A stretch of DNA of 63,165 nucleotides, the filler included, from Saprolegnia diclina VS20 (lineage: Eukaryota), in assembly GCF_000281045.1 (NCBI RefSeq). It is 4 parts of 2 records of this genome, joined end to end, with 100 filler letters (N's around TTAATTAATTAA, not from the genome) between each part and the next. Parts side by side here need not be neighbours in the genome. Positions count along the whole stretch, not along the records: positions 1 to 27,014 come from NW_008246091.1; positions 27,115 to 52,682 come from NW_008246091.1; 2 more parts are not named here. One strand, given 5' to 3'. Both the position numbers and the translations under genes were made by a program. Positions 23,400 to 36,000 of the stretch are shown here, piece after piece (the first letter of the stretch is position 1; each line of letters begins with the position of its first letter). Below the pieces are notes generated by a model that was not told the DNA's origin, made no database searches, and saw only the letters and a program-made list of their open reading frames with translations.

Positions 23400-26300
23400 G
23401 CTGCACCTCGGGTGAGGCGTGGCGGTTCCCCCAAAGGCCATGCGGCTGGCCAACTGAGCGATCACCACACTGTCGATGAGCGCGTAGACCTTGAACGTGT
23501 CTGCGCCATCGACCAAGCATCCGGGTCGTCGGATCCTGGCGCCACACTTGAGCTGCACCATGGGCCCGCCGCTTCGCCGCGAGTGCATCGTGAACGCTGT
23601 TGGTTCCTTGCCGAGCTAAGCTGCTGCGCGGCGGATGAGCTATCTGACTTGGAGCTCCGTGACCGGCACGGCGACACCGTGTTGGTTGACGGATGTGTAG
23701 AGGGGGTCGCCTTCCGACGCGCCGGCTCACAGTGCAAGCCTTGCAGCTCCCACAGAGCTGGAATCGGGCAGAGCTATGTGCTGGCCGAGCGGGAGAGGGG
23801 AACATCGTGTCGTCACCGCGTTGATCGGCCTTCGAGCTCGGGATGACGGGAACTTCGACTTCTACCGTCCGCGCCACTGTCTCAAAGCGGGTGGTGAGCC
23901 AGACGTCCCTGACCCGGACGCCGTGCGTTGCGGGTCTGAACCCTTTGTGCGAGTAGTCGGACTTGCGCAAATGAGAGACGGAACCCAGCAGCGCAGCCCC
24001 CAGAGAAAGCGCTGCTGGGGGCGTCGAAGTGAGGCCGGCGCGCATGTACCAGAGCATGATGATGCTAGCGGGCTCCTTGCGTTGGGCGGGTCTATCGGTT
24101 CGGTTCCTGGCTCGGAGGACGAGCCGATGGTCGGGTGCCAGCGCCACGTTGTGCATTCGATGCACGTGATGATACCNNNNNNNNNNNNNNNNNNNNNNNN
24201 NNNNNNNNNNNNNNNNNNNNNNNNNNNNNNNNNNNNNNNNNNNNNNNNNNNNNNNNNNNNNNNNNNNNNNNNNNNNNNNNNNNNNNNNNNNNNNNNNNNN
24301 NNNNNNNNNNNNNNNNNNNNNNNNNNNNNNNNNNNNNNNNNNNNNNNNNNNNNNNNNNNNNNNNNNNNNNNNNNNNNNNNNNNNNNNNNNNNNNNNNNNN
24401 NNNNNNNNNNNNNNNNNNNNNNNNNNNNNNNNNNNNNNNNNNNNNNNNNNNNNNNNNNNNNNNNNNNNNNNNNNNNNNNNNNNNNNNNNNNNNNNNNNNN
24501 NNNNNNNNNNNNNNNNNNNNNNNNNNNNNNNNNNNNNNNNNNNNNNNNNNNNNNNNNNNNNNNNNNNNNNNNNNNNNNNNNNNNNNNNNNNNNNNNNNNN
24601 NNNNNNNNNNNNNNNNNNNNNNNNNNNNNNNNNNNNNNNNNNNNNNNNNNNNNNNNNNNNNNNNNNNNNNNNNNNNNNNNNNNNNNNNNNNNNNNNNNNN
24701 NNNNNNNNNNNNNNNNNNNNNNNNNNNNNNNNNNNNNNNNNNNNNNNNNNNNNNNNNNNNNNNNNNNNNNNNNNNNNNNNNNNNNNNNNNNNNNNNNNNN
24801 NNNNNCCGTAGCCTCGTTGCTGTTAACCGGTGGGGCTGCCGCGGCCTGATCCCGGTGCGCGCGTTGCGACACACCGGGGAGGGTCGGCTCACCGTCCGGA
24901 GTAGCCGAAGCTAAAGCCGCTGAAGCAGCTGGAGTTGAGAAGTTGCACCGCGCGCGGCGCGCTGACCTTGTCGAGTGGGTCCCCAAGCCAACCACAGCGC
25001 CTTCGCGCCGACGCATCAAGCTGAGTAACGCTGCGGGCCTCCAAGCGACGCCTTGATGCACGTCATGACGTCATGACGTCATGGGTCAACTTCTCGCCGT
25101 CACACTGGTTGTTGGACACATAGCGCAAGCAGAGCTCCACCTTGTTGAGCGCGGGTACCAAACCGTTAAGAGACTAGATGGCGCGGCTGTAATAATGGGA
25201 GAACCAAAACGGAAGCTAGCCGCGTCATTCGCCAGAGCCAAGCGGAAGCACAGAGACATCCAGTCGAGCAACAGAGCCACGTAGTCGGTAGTGGTTGTTA
25301 TAGTTGTTATCGACACACACCAGGTGTCGGAGTGGGTGCTCGTCTTTGAGACAATCTGCTGCACCACCGCCGCCCAGTATCTCGGTGCGAATCGAGAGCG
25401 TGCCCAAAGCCCCGGCTAGGGTATCCGTCGTCACGCCGTGGGGGTGATGCTTGAGCGGCTCGCGACGGTTTGGTCATTGAAGTGTCCATGTGGATCTGCG
25501 TCTGATTGTCGATCTCGGCGTGCGTACGGCGTTGCAGATGCGCAAGAGACAGGAAACCGCTCCCAAGCTCGAAGATGTACCGAGCCCGCAAGACTGCCAG
25601 GTGCTTGTAGAAGAGAAGTTCCCGGTCCACGTCGAATTGCTTCCACATACTGCTGCAGCGACCAGCCAGCCGTGTGCACGTTGGCTTTGAAGGGGTGGAG
25701 ACCGGATGCTGTCGAACTCATCGCGAGATTCGTGCGCTGGCGATGGTTCCAGGCCTCTTCTGTGTCTTGGCCATCTGACGGGCAGTAGCCGCCGCCGAGC
25801 CAGCATACGGGGGGCGTGTGGTGCTCCCGCAACGGCCGGTAAACGTTCAAGCGGGTCTTTCCAGAACGTCGCACCGACGGCCGCATCCTCCCGGCGCCCG
25901 TGACATTCCACGGCTAGAGAGGAAAGAAGTCGGCGACGTGCTGGACTGATCGAGTCGTGCGTTCGCCAGTCGCTGGTGCGCGGATCTCGAACCGAGTGTC
26001 CGCTGCGGGCGTCGCGTCGAGTCTTCAACTCGGCTGCGCATGGTCTCGAGCAATGTGCTTTAGCTGTGAAGCGTCGCGTGGCCGTGGCGCCGTTGCCGAG
26101 TTCATCCTCAATTCGCCACAAATCCGAGGCTCCAACCGGGTGGCCCCGCTACACCTCATCCGCTCCGACGTCGAAGGCGCCACTGGCGTTGGCTAACGTG
26201 AGAGTCTTGTCGGCCCATCGCGCCGCTACAACTTGTCCCACCGTCGCCGAGTCGTCGTGGCGAAAGAAGACAAACCGACGCAACCACGCGCCCCAGTTGG

Positions 26301-26550
26301 GTCGGGCCTCGCCCACCGATGCGGGCGCGAGCACGCACTAGTCCTTCGGTACCGAGAGCGAGGTCTCGGACGGTCGTCTGTTGGCAAGGTCGCGAACGTG
26401 AGCACCTTTAGGCCGCGTCTCGCACTAGCCACCTCCGTGATGCAAGCGTACACCGGTCAACCGAGCGCGCCGTTGGCGACATGCGAGGCTTGCTCAGGAA
26501 GAACCATGTCTGGGGCTTCGTCATGTGCTGATGGCGGCCCATGAGTACCT
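23400..26550 (-). mobile_element. Decayed tyrosine-recombinase retrotransposon (DIRS/Ngaro-like): RT/RNase H remnants plus YR
   Basis: YR motifs across frameshifts at 23430-24000: HLRKSDY...VRVRDV...SSKADQRG, FTMHSRRSGG (cf. HSLRxGG), RMLGRWR, DTFKVY. Upstream (higher coordinates) QIHMDTS (cf. RNase H YMDAS) near 25480 and FRHDD near 26255. Confidence 0.72.
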
Positions 26551-27114
26551 TTGCTTAGCGGAGATCGGAAACTAGAGATGCTAGGCTCTGGCCACCAGTC
26601 GTTGGTTTCGCTGAGCCGCCTTCTCTTGAAAAGTCCGTTTCGACTCCTTGCAGGCGCGAAACACCCATTTTCAGATTCACGACATCCTTGAAGATTTGGG
26701 CGACCGTGTCGTCACGGGCCTCACCCGCGACCACAAGCGTCTTAGAGCGATGACAGAAGAGCCAGACGAGCCCCCGCGCCGCCGCCTGCGCAGCCACGGA
26801 CCGGCAAGCGAATGAAGAAGGAGATAGCTAGTCTCTACGTATGCGAAGTCTTTGTGTAATGATGTAGATAACGCGAAACACATTCATATACGTTATGTAC
26901 TGCACTACTGGTCGATGAAATTTCCTTGCTACTGGAAGTGTACACTGACTGGTATCAAGGTATTGTACTGCAATCAATATCAATCACCATCCAATACACT
27001 GACTGCTACAATTGNNNNNNNNNNNNNNNNNNNNNNNNNNNNNNNNNNNNNNNNNNNNTTAATTAATTAANNNNNNNNNNNNNNNNNNNNNNNNNNNNNN
27101 NNNNNNNNNNNNNN

Positions 27115-27495
27115 GACCCGCTCAGTGCCTACCGCGTCGACGAGATCCTTGCCGCGTCCGACGACGTCTCGGGCAAATTTACACCGTACTATCAGGAACC
27201 GGACGCTGAGAAGAAGATTGCCATTGTAAAGGAACTCGCGGCGGGCGTGCTCCCGACCTTGTTTGCCGGTATCGAGGCGCGGCTCGTTGCAGCTGCTGCC
27301 AAGGGCCCGTATCTCTTGGGCGAGACGCTCTCGCTCGCCGACTTGGAGCTGTTTGTCGTACGCATGACCGTGCAGTCGGGCGAGTGGATCGGTGCTCCCA
27401 CGACGCTCTGCGGCGCATACCCGCGCTGGAATGAGATCGCAGACGCCGTCGCCGCCCTCCCCAAGATCCAAGCCTGGTACAAAAACCATCCGTAA
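27115..27495 (+). CDS. Glutathione S-transferase, C-terminal part (5' end in gap)
   Basis: DPLSAYRVDEIL...GPYLLGETLSLADL...YPRWNEIADAVAALPKIQAWY, which includes the GST C-domain N-capping box (SLAD). Confidence 0.88.
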   Translation, partial: DPLSAYRVDEILAASDDVSGKFTPYYQEPDAEKKIAIVKELAAGVLPTLFAGIEARLVAAAAKGPYLLGETLSLADLELFVVRMTVQSGEWIGAPTTLCGAYPRWNEIADAVAALPKIQAWYKNHP

Positions 27496-28100
27496 CGGCT
27501 GACACGCGAGTTCGTGCGACGCCACGTAATACACTCGAATTTTGTATCGAGTCCACACGACGGGTGATTACTGATTGGCAACACTCTAAGGTCCTTTCAC
27601 ACCGTAGCTACAGTGTTTCTACTACCATTGTACTAGTCTTTAGAGATAGCGAGTGTGCGTATAGGGTCCGCGTTTGAACGCGTCCCATTCACCCGGCGTG
27701 GTCCGCCATGTACGCTGACGAGCCAGCCGTGTACATTTCGATCTTGGTAGATGCTAGTCACAGCTTCGAACCCATGCAAGCGCATACTATTTTCGCCCGT
27801 TGTGTGTTATTTGCCAGAGCGACCGCAAGAAGTGTACTCGGTAGGAGTGCCAGCGGGTCCATGCATCCGTTCTCAAGTCATTAGCCTTCACGGCGAGTGT
27901 ATGTGATCTGTACATTCGTAGTGACGCGCCAACTACAGGACGATCATCACATTCGAGGCATCGTCAACCTGCCTGTCTCTTGTACGATGTGCATTTCGCA
28001 GCCTTGCGCCAACTTGGCGCCATTTTTAAGCCGAGTCATCCATCGAGTCGATTCGTTGAAAAGCGTATTGGTCAACTACTCTTACTACACACTACACTAC

Positions 28101-29227
28101 CTAGCCCACTTTTTCGCCGTTGAGCGAGAGGTACCCGCCAAGACGGCCGTTGGCGTAGCCGCCGGCACGGTTCTGCGCGTGGCCGAGGATACCGTCCGTG
28201 TCATCCGATGCCTTCTCGAGCTGGTTGAGCACATGCTCTTCTTCGCGCAGCCACATCTCGGCCGTGTGGTAGATCGAGAGCGAGTTCCGGCCCATGAGCG
28301 GCATGGCGCTGAGCGGGCCAAAGAACGAGATCTGGCCCTGGCGCAGGTACATGAGGTGGCTGGCCCACTCCTCCATGCCGTCAAACACGTGCGACGCGAG
28401 GACAACCTACGCCGGTGCATGAGCTACCGCATGCTTCGAAATGGAGCGTACCGTGGCCTTGAGCGGGCCCTCGCTCTCTTGCTTGAGAAAGTTGAGAATG
28501 TTGACGCGCGACACAATGTCCAAGCACCCGAGAACTTCGTCAAGAATGATAATCTTGGACGGGCGGAGGAGCGCGAGGAGGAGCTGGACACGGCACCGCT
28601 GGCCCATCGAGAGCTATCCACACCGCGTCAAAAGTGCAATCTCAAAGTGCAAACTCGTACCTTGTGCATGCGCCACGTTGGGTCGATGCGCAGCGTGTGC
28701 ATGAGGATTGCACGACGTTCGGGATACGCTTCTTGGAGCTTGACCATCATGTCTTCCACAGCAATGTCGGTGCAGTACGTCGACGAGGCGGCGAACGCGA
28801 CCGAGCGGTTGCCCCACTCGGTCGTCACCATCGTGCGCTCCAAGTTGAGCTTCGTGTCGCGAAAGCTGTCGCGCCGGCCCATCTGGTAGCACATGCCTAC
28901 GAGCACCAGAACGTCCATGAGCCTCTCATCCATGACATTGGTCATGCGCGTACCGCTGGTCGGAAGGTGCTTGCCGCCAAACATCTTGAGCAACGTACTC
29001 TTGCCGGCGCCGTTGCCACCGATGAGCAGCACGCGCTGGCCGAGCTCGAGCTCGCAGTTGATGCCCTTGAGCACCGGGCCACCCGAGATGTCCATGCCAG
29101 CAAACTCCTCGACGTACTTGAAGACGAGGTCAACGCACTAGATGACCATGAGCATGCGCATGCCAGGCCTAAGCACGTCTACCTCGCACGAGACGTTGGG
29201 CGGCAGCGGGGCGGGCGTCGTCGTCAT
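28101..29227 (-). CDS. CAF16: Soluble ABC ATPase, CAF16/ABCI-like (spliced)
   Basis: Walker A GGNGAGKST, signature-like GQRCRVQL, Walker B IIILDE, FDGMEEWASHL. No transmembrane domain. Short introns, e.g. 28897-28953. Confidence 0.85.
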
Positions 29228-29974
29228 GATGATGGGCGGTCGGGCTTGCAGGTCGAATCGCAAAATGGCACCTCAATCGCCGTGCTGCAAGCGGATTGGA
29301 TATATCTCTGCACGAGGTCGTTTTATTAATATGGCTCTCCAATATAAAACCCAAGCTTCAATTGAATATGTGTTTTAAAAGATATCCCACTGGAATTCGC
29401 TGCACGCCATCCTAGGGAAATCTCCGCCGATTAGTTAAGGATTTGAAGCGAGCGTCTTATTTAACACCGAGGCGGCGGCGTGCACTGAAGTCCACGCGTC
29501 CCATGGCGCCAGTCGTACACGCCGATTTCAGAGCCCTTCGCGTGCGTTCGACTCGGTTGGATGCCACAGCGCATGTAACCTGTACTTATTTGTATACGAA
29601 GCGTTCTATCGACCCTTGGGGGACATCGCTACGTAAGCTCAGCACCAAATGACACAAGAGGGCATTTCTAGTGCGTTACCCAGGTTGGTACGCATACAGT
29701 CTTGCCGTTATTTGGTCGTGGACTAACCCATGGTGCTTACCTGTGCTTGGCTCACATGCATCTGGAGGCCATGAAGTGGCTCAAATCATTGGCACCCTTT
29801 TTTGACACGGACTGAATTTCGTCGTCAATGACGTGGCAGCGTCTTGTGCATGTACCGTCCACAAGTTTGGAATAAGATCCAGCCCTGGTTGGGTGTTTGA
29901 TGAGGTAAAACTCAGTGGTGTGCGTTTGGTAAATTAAACGCTCGTCTCCATAACGCCCATTACTTGATCTTGTG

Positions 29975-31093
29975 TCAACCAAAGCGAGATGGTGCTTCCA
30001 GCTTCCGCTCGCCGTTCTTGAGCGCGATCGCCCAGCTCAGCGACGGCACGATCGACGCCTTGTTGTCACCAATGCTGTAGGCCATGTGCCCCGCAAACAT
30101 GAGCGCCTTGTACTCGGTCCCGTTGTCGTCGATCGTCACGTCGACCGTAAGGTACCCCGGCGGAATGTCTTCCATGTCGACGAGCGGGTAGTCGTACGTA
30201 ACTTCCGTCTCAACAACATCAAACCAATCATCCGGATTGGCCTCGGGCCTTCGCAGCAGCACCGTGTCGGTCATCTTGTCGCCTTGCCACTCGCCTTTGT
30301 CGTTGAAGACGCAAAAGACGCTGATCCAGCCGTTGAGGTAGCTTGGACCCGAGCCGCCGCCTTCGTGGCTGCAGATGCGGTCCCAGAACGCTACGTCCGC
30401 CTGGCCTTGTGCCGCCGCCACAAACTGATCGAGGATCGGCGCCAGCATCGTCGTCCACTGCTGCATGCGCTTGCCATAAGCTGAGAGCTTGTCGAGGCGA
30501 CGACGAATGTCTTGCCAATCGTCGACGGTGCCGAGGAGCGTCACGTGCGGAATGCCGCAGCAGAGGCAAAACTTGTACGAAAAGTACTTCTTCATCGTGG
30601 CCATGAGCACGACGCTGGCGACAATGACGTCGTGGTCGGTCGTTGTCGAGAAGGACGGAAGGACCCAGTGCTTGAGGCTCGGGTCCACGAGGTGCTCGTC
30701 CATCTTGTCGACCATTTGCTTGGAGAGCGCGCCAAAGTCGGCCGTGTACAGCGTTCCAACGTCATAAACAACGAGCTCCTTCTGGCCGTCGTGTTTGACG
30801 AGCGACGACCGAAGCTCTTCGGCGTTGCCATCGACGTACAGACCAAACTGAATCAAAATCGCGAGCCAAATATCGTCCGGCCGGAGCTCGATGTCGTGGT
30901 GGTTGTTGTAGGCTTCAATGACACCGCGCACAAAGCCACTTTCAGAAGCGACAACAGAACCAAGGTTGGTGGCTTGGACAATGTCCTTGCAGCCTTCTTT
31001 GGCAAACTCCTTGAGCGTCGTGATGGGATGATCTTTCTTTCGGATCGTCCTGCAGAAGTTGCGCCTCACGGACGAGACGGCGAACGTGACCAT
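29975..31093 (-). CDS. DUF4419 family protein, copy A
   Basis: AYNNHHDIELRPDDIWLAILIQF, FSTTT, KYFSY...CGIPHVTLLGTVDDW, GSGPSYLNGWISVF. ATG 31093 follows an Inr-FPR-like motif. Confidence 0.88.
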   Translation of the reverse strand: MVTFAVSSVRRNFCRTIRKKDHPITTLKEFAKEGCKDIVQATNLGSVVASESGFVRGVIEAYNNHHDIELRPDDIWLAILIQFGLYVDGNAEELRSSLVKHDGQKELVVYDVGTLYTADFGALSKQMVDKMDEHLVDPSLKHWVLPSFSTTTDHDVIVASVVLMATMKKYFSYKFCLCCGIPHVTLLGTVDDWQDIRRRLDKLSAYGKRMQQWTTMLAPILDQFVAAAQGQADVAFWDRICSHEGGGSGPSYLNGWISVFCVFNDKGEWQGDKMTDTVLLRRPEANPDDWFDVVETEVTYDYPLVDMEDIPPGYLTVDVTIDDNGTEYKALMFAGHMAYSIGDNKASIVPSLSWAIALKNGERKLEAPSRFG

Positions 31094-31551
31094 GACAAGG
31101 GCGATTGAAAAATGGGAAAAGGAGTTGGTGGTGTAAGGTCTATGTGCAAAGACATGTTGAAGTTTAAACTGTGTTTGCACGTATTCCTGGCCATGCCGTT
31201 CGGTTGTGGAGCGGCACGGCCCGACTGCATGCGTTAGTTTCTTTTTATCCGTAAGAAAGCGTTTTCCTAGTGCAACGCGGTTTATTTGTCTAATTGCACG
31301 CGTTTGTCTAATTGCACGCGTGTCAGTCTCGTAACCGGAAAGATACGCAGTGACACGATTTACTAGAATGCGACACGAAGCGATGCATGGCTCCTGCGCC
31401 TTCGTACGCACCGGAACAGTCTCTGATGTCATCGCCCAGACCCGTAACAGTACGAAATTGCTAGTCTAGCTTTCGTGTCTTCCAAATCGTTCTCTGCAAT
31501 ACAACGAGAAACGAGTAGGTATGGGGTACGAAGTGTCCTATTAAGCTAATG

Positions 31552-32937
31552 TTATCGCACATCGACGACGACGGCGGTGATATTGTCTGTGCTACCCAAC
31601 TCGATCGCCATGTTGGCGAGCTTGAGTGCGAGGTTGTCGAGTGGCATGTCCATGTACGTACTACGCGCCACGTCATTTGTCGATCGCGTTCGATCTCCAG
31701 TGCCTACCGGATAAAGGACGCGACCGCTTCGTTGCTAAAGACGTCCCAGAGACCGTCGGTAGCGAGCACGATGAACGCGTCATGCTCCTGCAGCTGGTGC
31801 ACCGTCACTTCTGGCTCGGCCACGATGTACCTGTACATTGTGACGCTATAAACTATATCCCAAGACGGCAGTTTGTCGTACCGCTTGAGAGCAATGTCGC
31901 CAAACGCGCGGGCAACAGCGAGAAGGCCGTTCACACGGTTGATGCCTCGGATATTGAGCACAATCCCACCTAGTCAATAGCCGCCCTCGTGTCGTACTTT
32001 CTTCAACACAAACCGTCGTACCTGCTTCTTCGATACGCGCCTTCTCGGCGGGCGAGTGCGGTTTTTGGTCGACCGACAAGGGCTTGACTTTGGGTACGTT
32101 TGAAGCAGGGTCCAACGAGATGAGGATCGCCCGGCAGTCGCCAATGTTGGCGACGTACACTTCGTCGTTGCGGATGAGGACCGTGATCGCGGTGGACCCG
32201 TCCTTGTAGCCGCGCGTTGCGGCCAAGTCGAGAAAGGACTTGTCCAAAGCGAGACAACTTGTCTTTAAACACTCTGACAGATTGGTGTGAAACGTCTCCG
32301 CGGCAGCCAAAAGGTACAGCGGGAGTGCGCGGGCGACCGTGGCCGAGCACCGGCGGCCGGCGTGGCCGTCGTAGACGCCGTAGAGCTGCGTCCACGTCGA
32401 GGGTTCTTGGGGAATTTCTGCCGGTAAGAACCACGTGGCTTCCTTGAGTCGCAGCGACTCTTCCGAGTCAAAGACACTCGACTGCATGTGCTTGTCCAGG
32501 ACGCTCGCCGGTGTCGCGTCGGCCTGCGTCACGAGAAGACTCGACACGTACTTTTCGAGGTTGGTGATGACGCGGTACGTGTCTTCGTTCGCGTTGCGGA
32601 TGCCGCGGATCGACGCGACGCCGCAGAGGTTCGCTTCGCTCACGTCAAACGTGAGGACGGGGTCCGAGAACTTGGCGTTGGGCACGTGCGGGTGCAGCTG
32701 CAGTGGCGACAAGAACGACGACGGGAGGTTGGTTGGCGCGGCTTGGTGGTGCCGGACGCTACTCGACATCAGCTTCTTCCACTTGAGCCGCCACCGCCCA
32801 AGGAACGGAAACGACTCGAAGAGGAGCTCCAAGCTAGACGGCGGTGGCGCGTCTTCAAGGATGAGCGTCGAGTTGAAACGCCGCTTCCCAAAGCGCTTCA
32901 TGCGCGTCGGCGCAACGTCGGCGGCCACGGGCATCAT
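31552..32937 (-). CDS. Protein phosphatase 2C (PPM family, spliced)
   Basis: RNANED, YGVYDGHAG, DGSTA, VANIGDCRA, LAVARAFGD, LATDGLWD, GSTDNITAVVV. Confidence 0.93.
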
Positions 32938-33590
32938 CGCTCTACTCGGATGGAGCCTACGAGTCGAATCGGCGCCAAACCGCTCCGGAAATAGACAGGC
33001 TGCAAAAAATTGAAGTAGTTTCGGCCACGTCGACAATGTTGTGGACAGGTATGTTCGGTCACCGTCGTACCGGTATGTACTCGATTACGAGCCGCACAGT
33101 GCGGTGCTGCTACGTACTGGTAGCCACGACGGCTGCCTTCCTTCGCGTCGTCGTGCTCTCGTCGTTGCGGGGCACCACCGAAAAAGTATCAATGTATCGA
33201 GTACGAACACGACTATCGCTGTTCGTATGCGCACCAGACGACAAGAGCTAGCGTGCAATGCCATGCGCCTGCAACGCGAAGACTACTTGCACTACCAAAG
33301 AAGTACGATGCTTTGTCGTGGTGATCGTAGCCAGCCCACGTCGGTCGTGTACACGCGGGGACGTCAGGTTGTACCGGGCTTGTTTGGCCACAGCCGCCTC
33401 TTTTCGTCGTGCTCACATGCTAGTAGGTTAGGGTGTCACACCTTGTCAGAGCGCTGATTTGAACTCGCGCCAATGGCAGATCGAGAGCCTGGGCGCTGCT
33501 CGCACCGATCGACGGTGCCCGATTCGCGACGTAGTCCTAGTCTACACGAGACCCAGAGATCGTTGCGTCCAAAATCTTCAAGTTAACGGT

Positions 33591-35093
33591 TCATCGTGTA
33601 GCCTCCTTGGGGCTTCGTGGCCGTCTGCGAAGCACCGCCAATGCCAAGAGCGCCACTATCATGAAGCAGAGGACGGCGATCGACTGAAAGTTGCCGTCGC
33701 GGTCCACTCTGCGGAGCTGAGCCACATCGTTGCGCAGATGCAGAAGTCCCTCTTCATGGCCCGCACGGTTCGCGTCCAGCTGCTGGGCTAGCGCCTGCAG
33801 CGATGTATTTTGCGCACCCCGATCGCCGTGGAGCTCGGCCGCGAGCTTCTGCAGCTCATTCAGCACCATCGGCTCGGAGATCTCCTTGCTGCCGTGGAGC
33901 GTCCAGCCCGGCAGCAGCGCCTCGACTTCGTCCGGCACCGAGTACGGCACCCATCGACGCTGCGCCGTCGGCCACTCGTCCAGCGACGCGTTCGTGTTGG
34001 AAATGCCCGAGAAATTGAGAAACTGCGCAATCGAGCGGACGCGGCCGGGCCCAAACCGGTGCAGCTCGCGCGTGTCGACCTCGCCTTGGAACGGCAGCGT
34101 CAGCATCGTACGAAGACGGTTGTACGCGATCGCTTCTTCGCGCGGCTTCTCGGCCACGGTGGTCACATTGTCCCAAAACCGCTTCTTCTGCGGGTCGTTG
34201 GTCCAGTTGTGAAACACGATGTGGCCGTGGCGCGACGGCGAGTAAATGTCGTAGCCGTGCGTCCAGAGCTGCATGGACCGGAGGTACTCTTCGCCCCAGA
34301 AGATCCACTTCATGTACTTGTCCATGGGCGCGCGTTTCTCGGCGTGGCACTTGCTGAACGAGAGGCAGCCGCCCCAGAGCGCCGACATCTGCGGCACCTC
34401 CGAGTCGTCAATGAGGAGGTAGCCGCCAATGACCGGAATGTCATACTCGTGGCTGCGCTCGAGGTACGACGCCAAGTGCGAGCTGTAGTGCGTCGCGATC
34501 TTGTCGCCTGGTCCAATGTAGTTGTAGGCCATCGGATACGTCGAGAAGACGGCCATCTCGTTCTCTGTCCGCAGCCAGTCCTTGACGATCTCGACGTCCC
34601 AATCGGCCAGAAACTTCGAGTGCGCGTCGAGCTCCATGCAGAAATCTTGGTCTCCGATGAGCTGTTGTTGCTGCCAGCGCGCAATCACGGGCCCTTTGGA
34701 CAAGCGCGCATCGCGCGCGTCGATCTTGATGTTGGCTTTGTATCGGCAGTCGTGGTCGGGCCAGGTTTCTTTGGCGCGGCGACAGTACTCTTCGAGGCAG
34801 ATGAGGTCGCCGGGTCCGGTCTGGTCAACGACGCCAAGGAAGACACGGTCGGGGTACCGCGCATTCGTAAAGGCGGTCCAGAGCGTGTAGCCGCACTTGA
34901 AGCCGTCGCGGTAGGACGCAATGCCGATGAAATGTGTGGGGTCGGTGGGCAGGCGTGGCGGTGGCGGGCGCAGGTGGGCCGCAGCCGGTGACGCCGGAAT
35001 ATTCTGGATCGACGGCTCCAAGTACGCGCGGTGCGGGACCTTCTTGCGTGTGTAGAAAAGCGACTGCTTGGGCTTTGTGGTCGGCGATGGCAT
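33591..35093 (-). CDS. GT60 / Gnt1-like polypeptide GlcNAc-transferase, copy A
   Basis: FIGIASYRD, RVFLGVVDQ, KGPVIAR, ELDAH (DxH), FWGEE...LWTHGYDIYSP, plus a C-terminal hydrophobic helix. An in-frame upstream ATG exists at 35282 but is not shared with copy B. Confidence 0.88.
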   Translation of the reverse strand: MPSPTTKPKQSLFYTRKKVPHRAYLEPSIQNIPASPAAAHLRPPPPRLPTDPTHFIGIASYRDGFKCGYTLWTAFTNARYPDRVFLGVVDQTGPGDLICLEEYCRRAKETWPDHDCRYKANIKIDARDARLSKGPVIARWQQQQLIGDQDFCMELDAHSKFLADWDVEIVKDWLRTENEMAVFSTYPMAYNYIGPGDKIATHYSSHLASYLERSHEYDIPVIGGYLLIDDSEVPQMSALWGGCLSFSKCHAEKRAPMDKYMKWIFWGEEYLRSMQLWTHGYDIYSPSRHGHIVFHNWTNDPQKKRFWDNVTTVAEKPREEAIAYNRLRTMLTLPFQGEVDTRELHRFGPGRVRSIAQFLNFSGISNTNASLDEWPTAQRRWVPYSVPDEVEALLPGWTLHGSKEISEPMVLNELQKLAAELHGDRGAQNTSLQALAQQLDANRAGHEEGLLHLRNDVAQLRRVDRDGNFQSIAVLCFMIVALLALAVLRRRPRSPKEATR

Positions 35094-36000
35094 GGATGCG
35101 TCCGTGGAAGTCACTTGCGATATGAGGTTGCGCGACTTGCCCGGCGGCCAGATGGCTCCAGCTACACCGTAAATCAAGCGTGCGACGCGCGAGATGCGCA
35201 GAGGCAGCTTGTGGCTGAACAAGCCGTCGTAATGGGTGTTAGCACCGAGCGCTGTCAGCTCCCGTGTCAGCTCCTCGTCCATCGTCACGGGTCACATGTC
35301 GTTGAAAGCCGCGTGGGCGCTTGGCGGTGCAGCAAGCTGTAAGTGCCACACACGGCGGTGGACACATCACTGGCGGCACGACTGCACTGTTCTGTGAAAA
35401 CAGATGTGTGGTGTTGAAGCGGTAATTCCCGCCCACAAAAACTTCCGATTCTCCAGGACCCAGTGTCCAGGACCGGTACAATTGAGCTACCACTGCTGAG
35501 CGTGATGTGCTCACAAAGGACGATCTATTTGGTGAATGAAACGTATCGACCACTACTGAAAACAAGTTTCGTTGCTATTCTGTGCCATGATTGGTGGCCC
35601 ATGGGAATCGGTCTCCGCTCCCTCTTTGCAGGGCACTGCTCGTGCTGACAACTGGCTGATGAGCGTGAGCTTTCGGTGTCGCGCGATTCTATGTCGAGAA
35701 GGTGCAACGTCGCCATCGCCGTCTTGGTGGTGGTGGGGGGCACCCACTACAGTCTGCCACTCGCAGGACCAAAGTGTGCAGTGCAACCTTGGCCAAGTGG
35801 TCGGCTGAGAACACATCGCCATTGGCCGTAGGGTCGCTTCCGTGCAGAAGCGACGTAACTTCTCACACAAGGCAATAATGGCAGTCGTTTACAATCACAT
35901 GCAAAGGGCTTCCAATATATTTGTATATTTTGGTTGCGCGGCCTCGTTTATAGTAATATAAAAAAGACTATTTCGATTCGGGTCCCATTTGACAACAAGC

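Noticed and set aside
25060..25083. Tandem TGACGTCA (CRE-like) palindromes
   Set aside because: An 8-bp slippage duplication within a TE relic, with no nearby gene start.
25500..25650. IFELGSG resembling a methyltransferase motif I
   Set aside because: It is an isolated motif inside the decayed DIRS-like RT-RNase H interval with no other methyltransferase motifs.
27059..27070. TTAATTAATTAA palindrome, also at 52727-52738 and 61234-61245
   Set aside because: Always centred in a 100-bp N block. It is an artificial all-frame-stop scaffold linker, not biology.
27897..28889. 330-aa plus-strand ORF, and similar long antisense ORFs over the GT60, PP2C, DUF4419 and LRR genes
   Set aside because: These are shadow frames caused by GC3-rich codon usage of the real gene on the opposite strand.
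31094..31432. 113-codon N-terminal extension of DUF4419 copy A
   Set aside because: It is not shared with copy B, has non-coding composition, includes an 18-bp tandem duplication (31286-31321), and an Inr-like motif lies just before ATG 31093.
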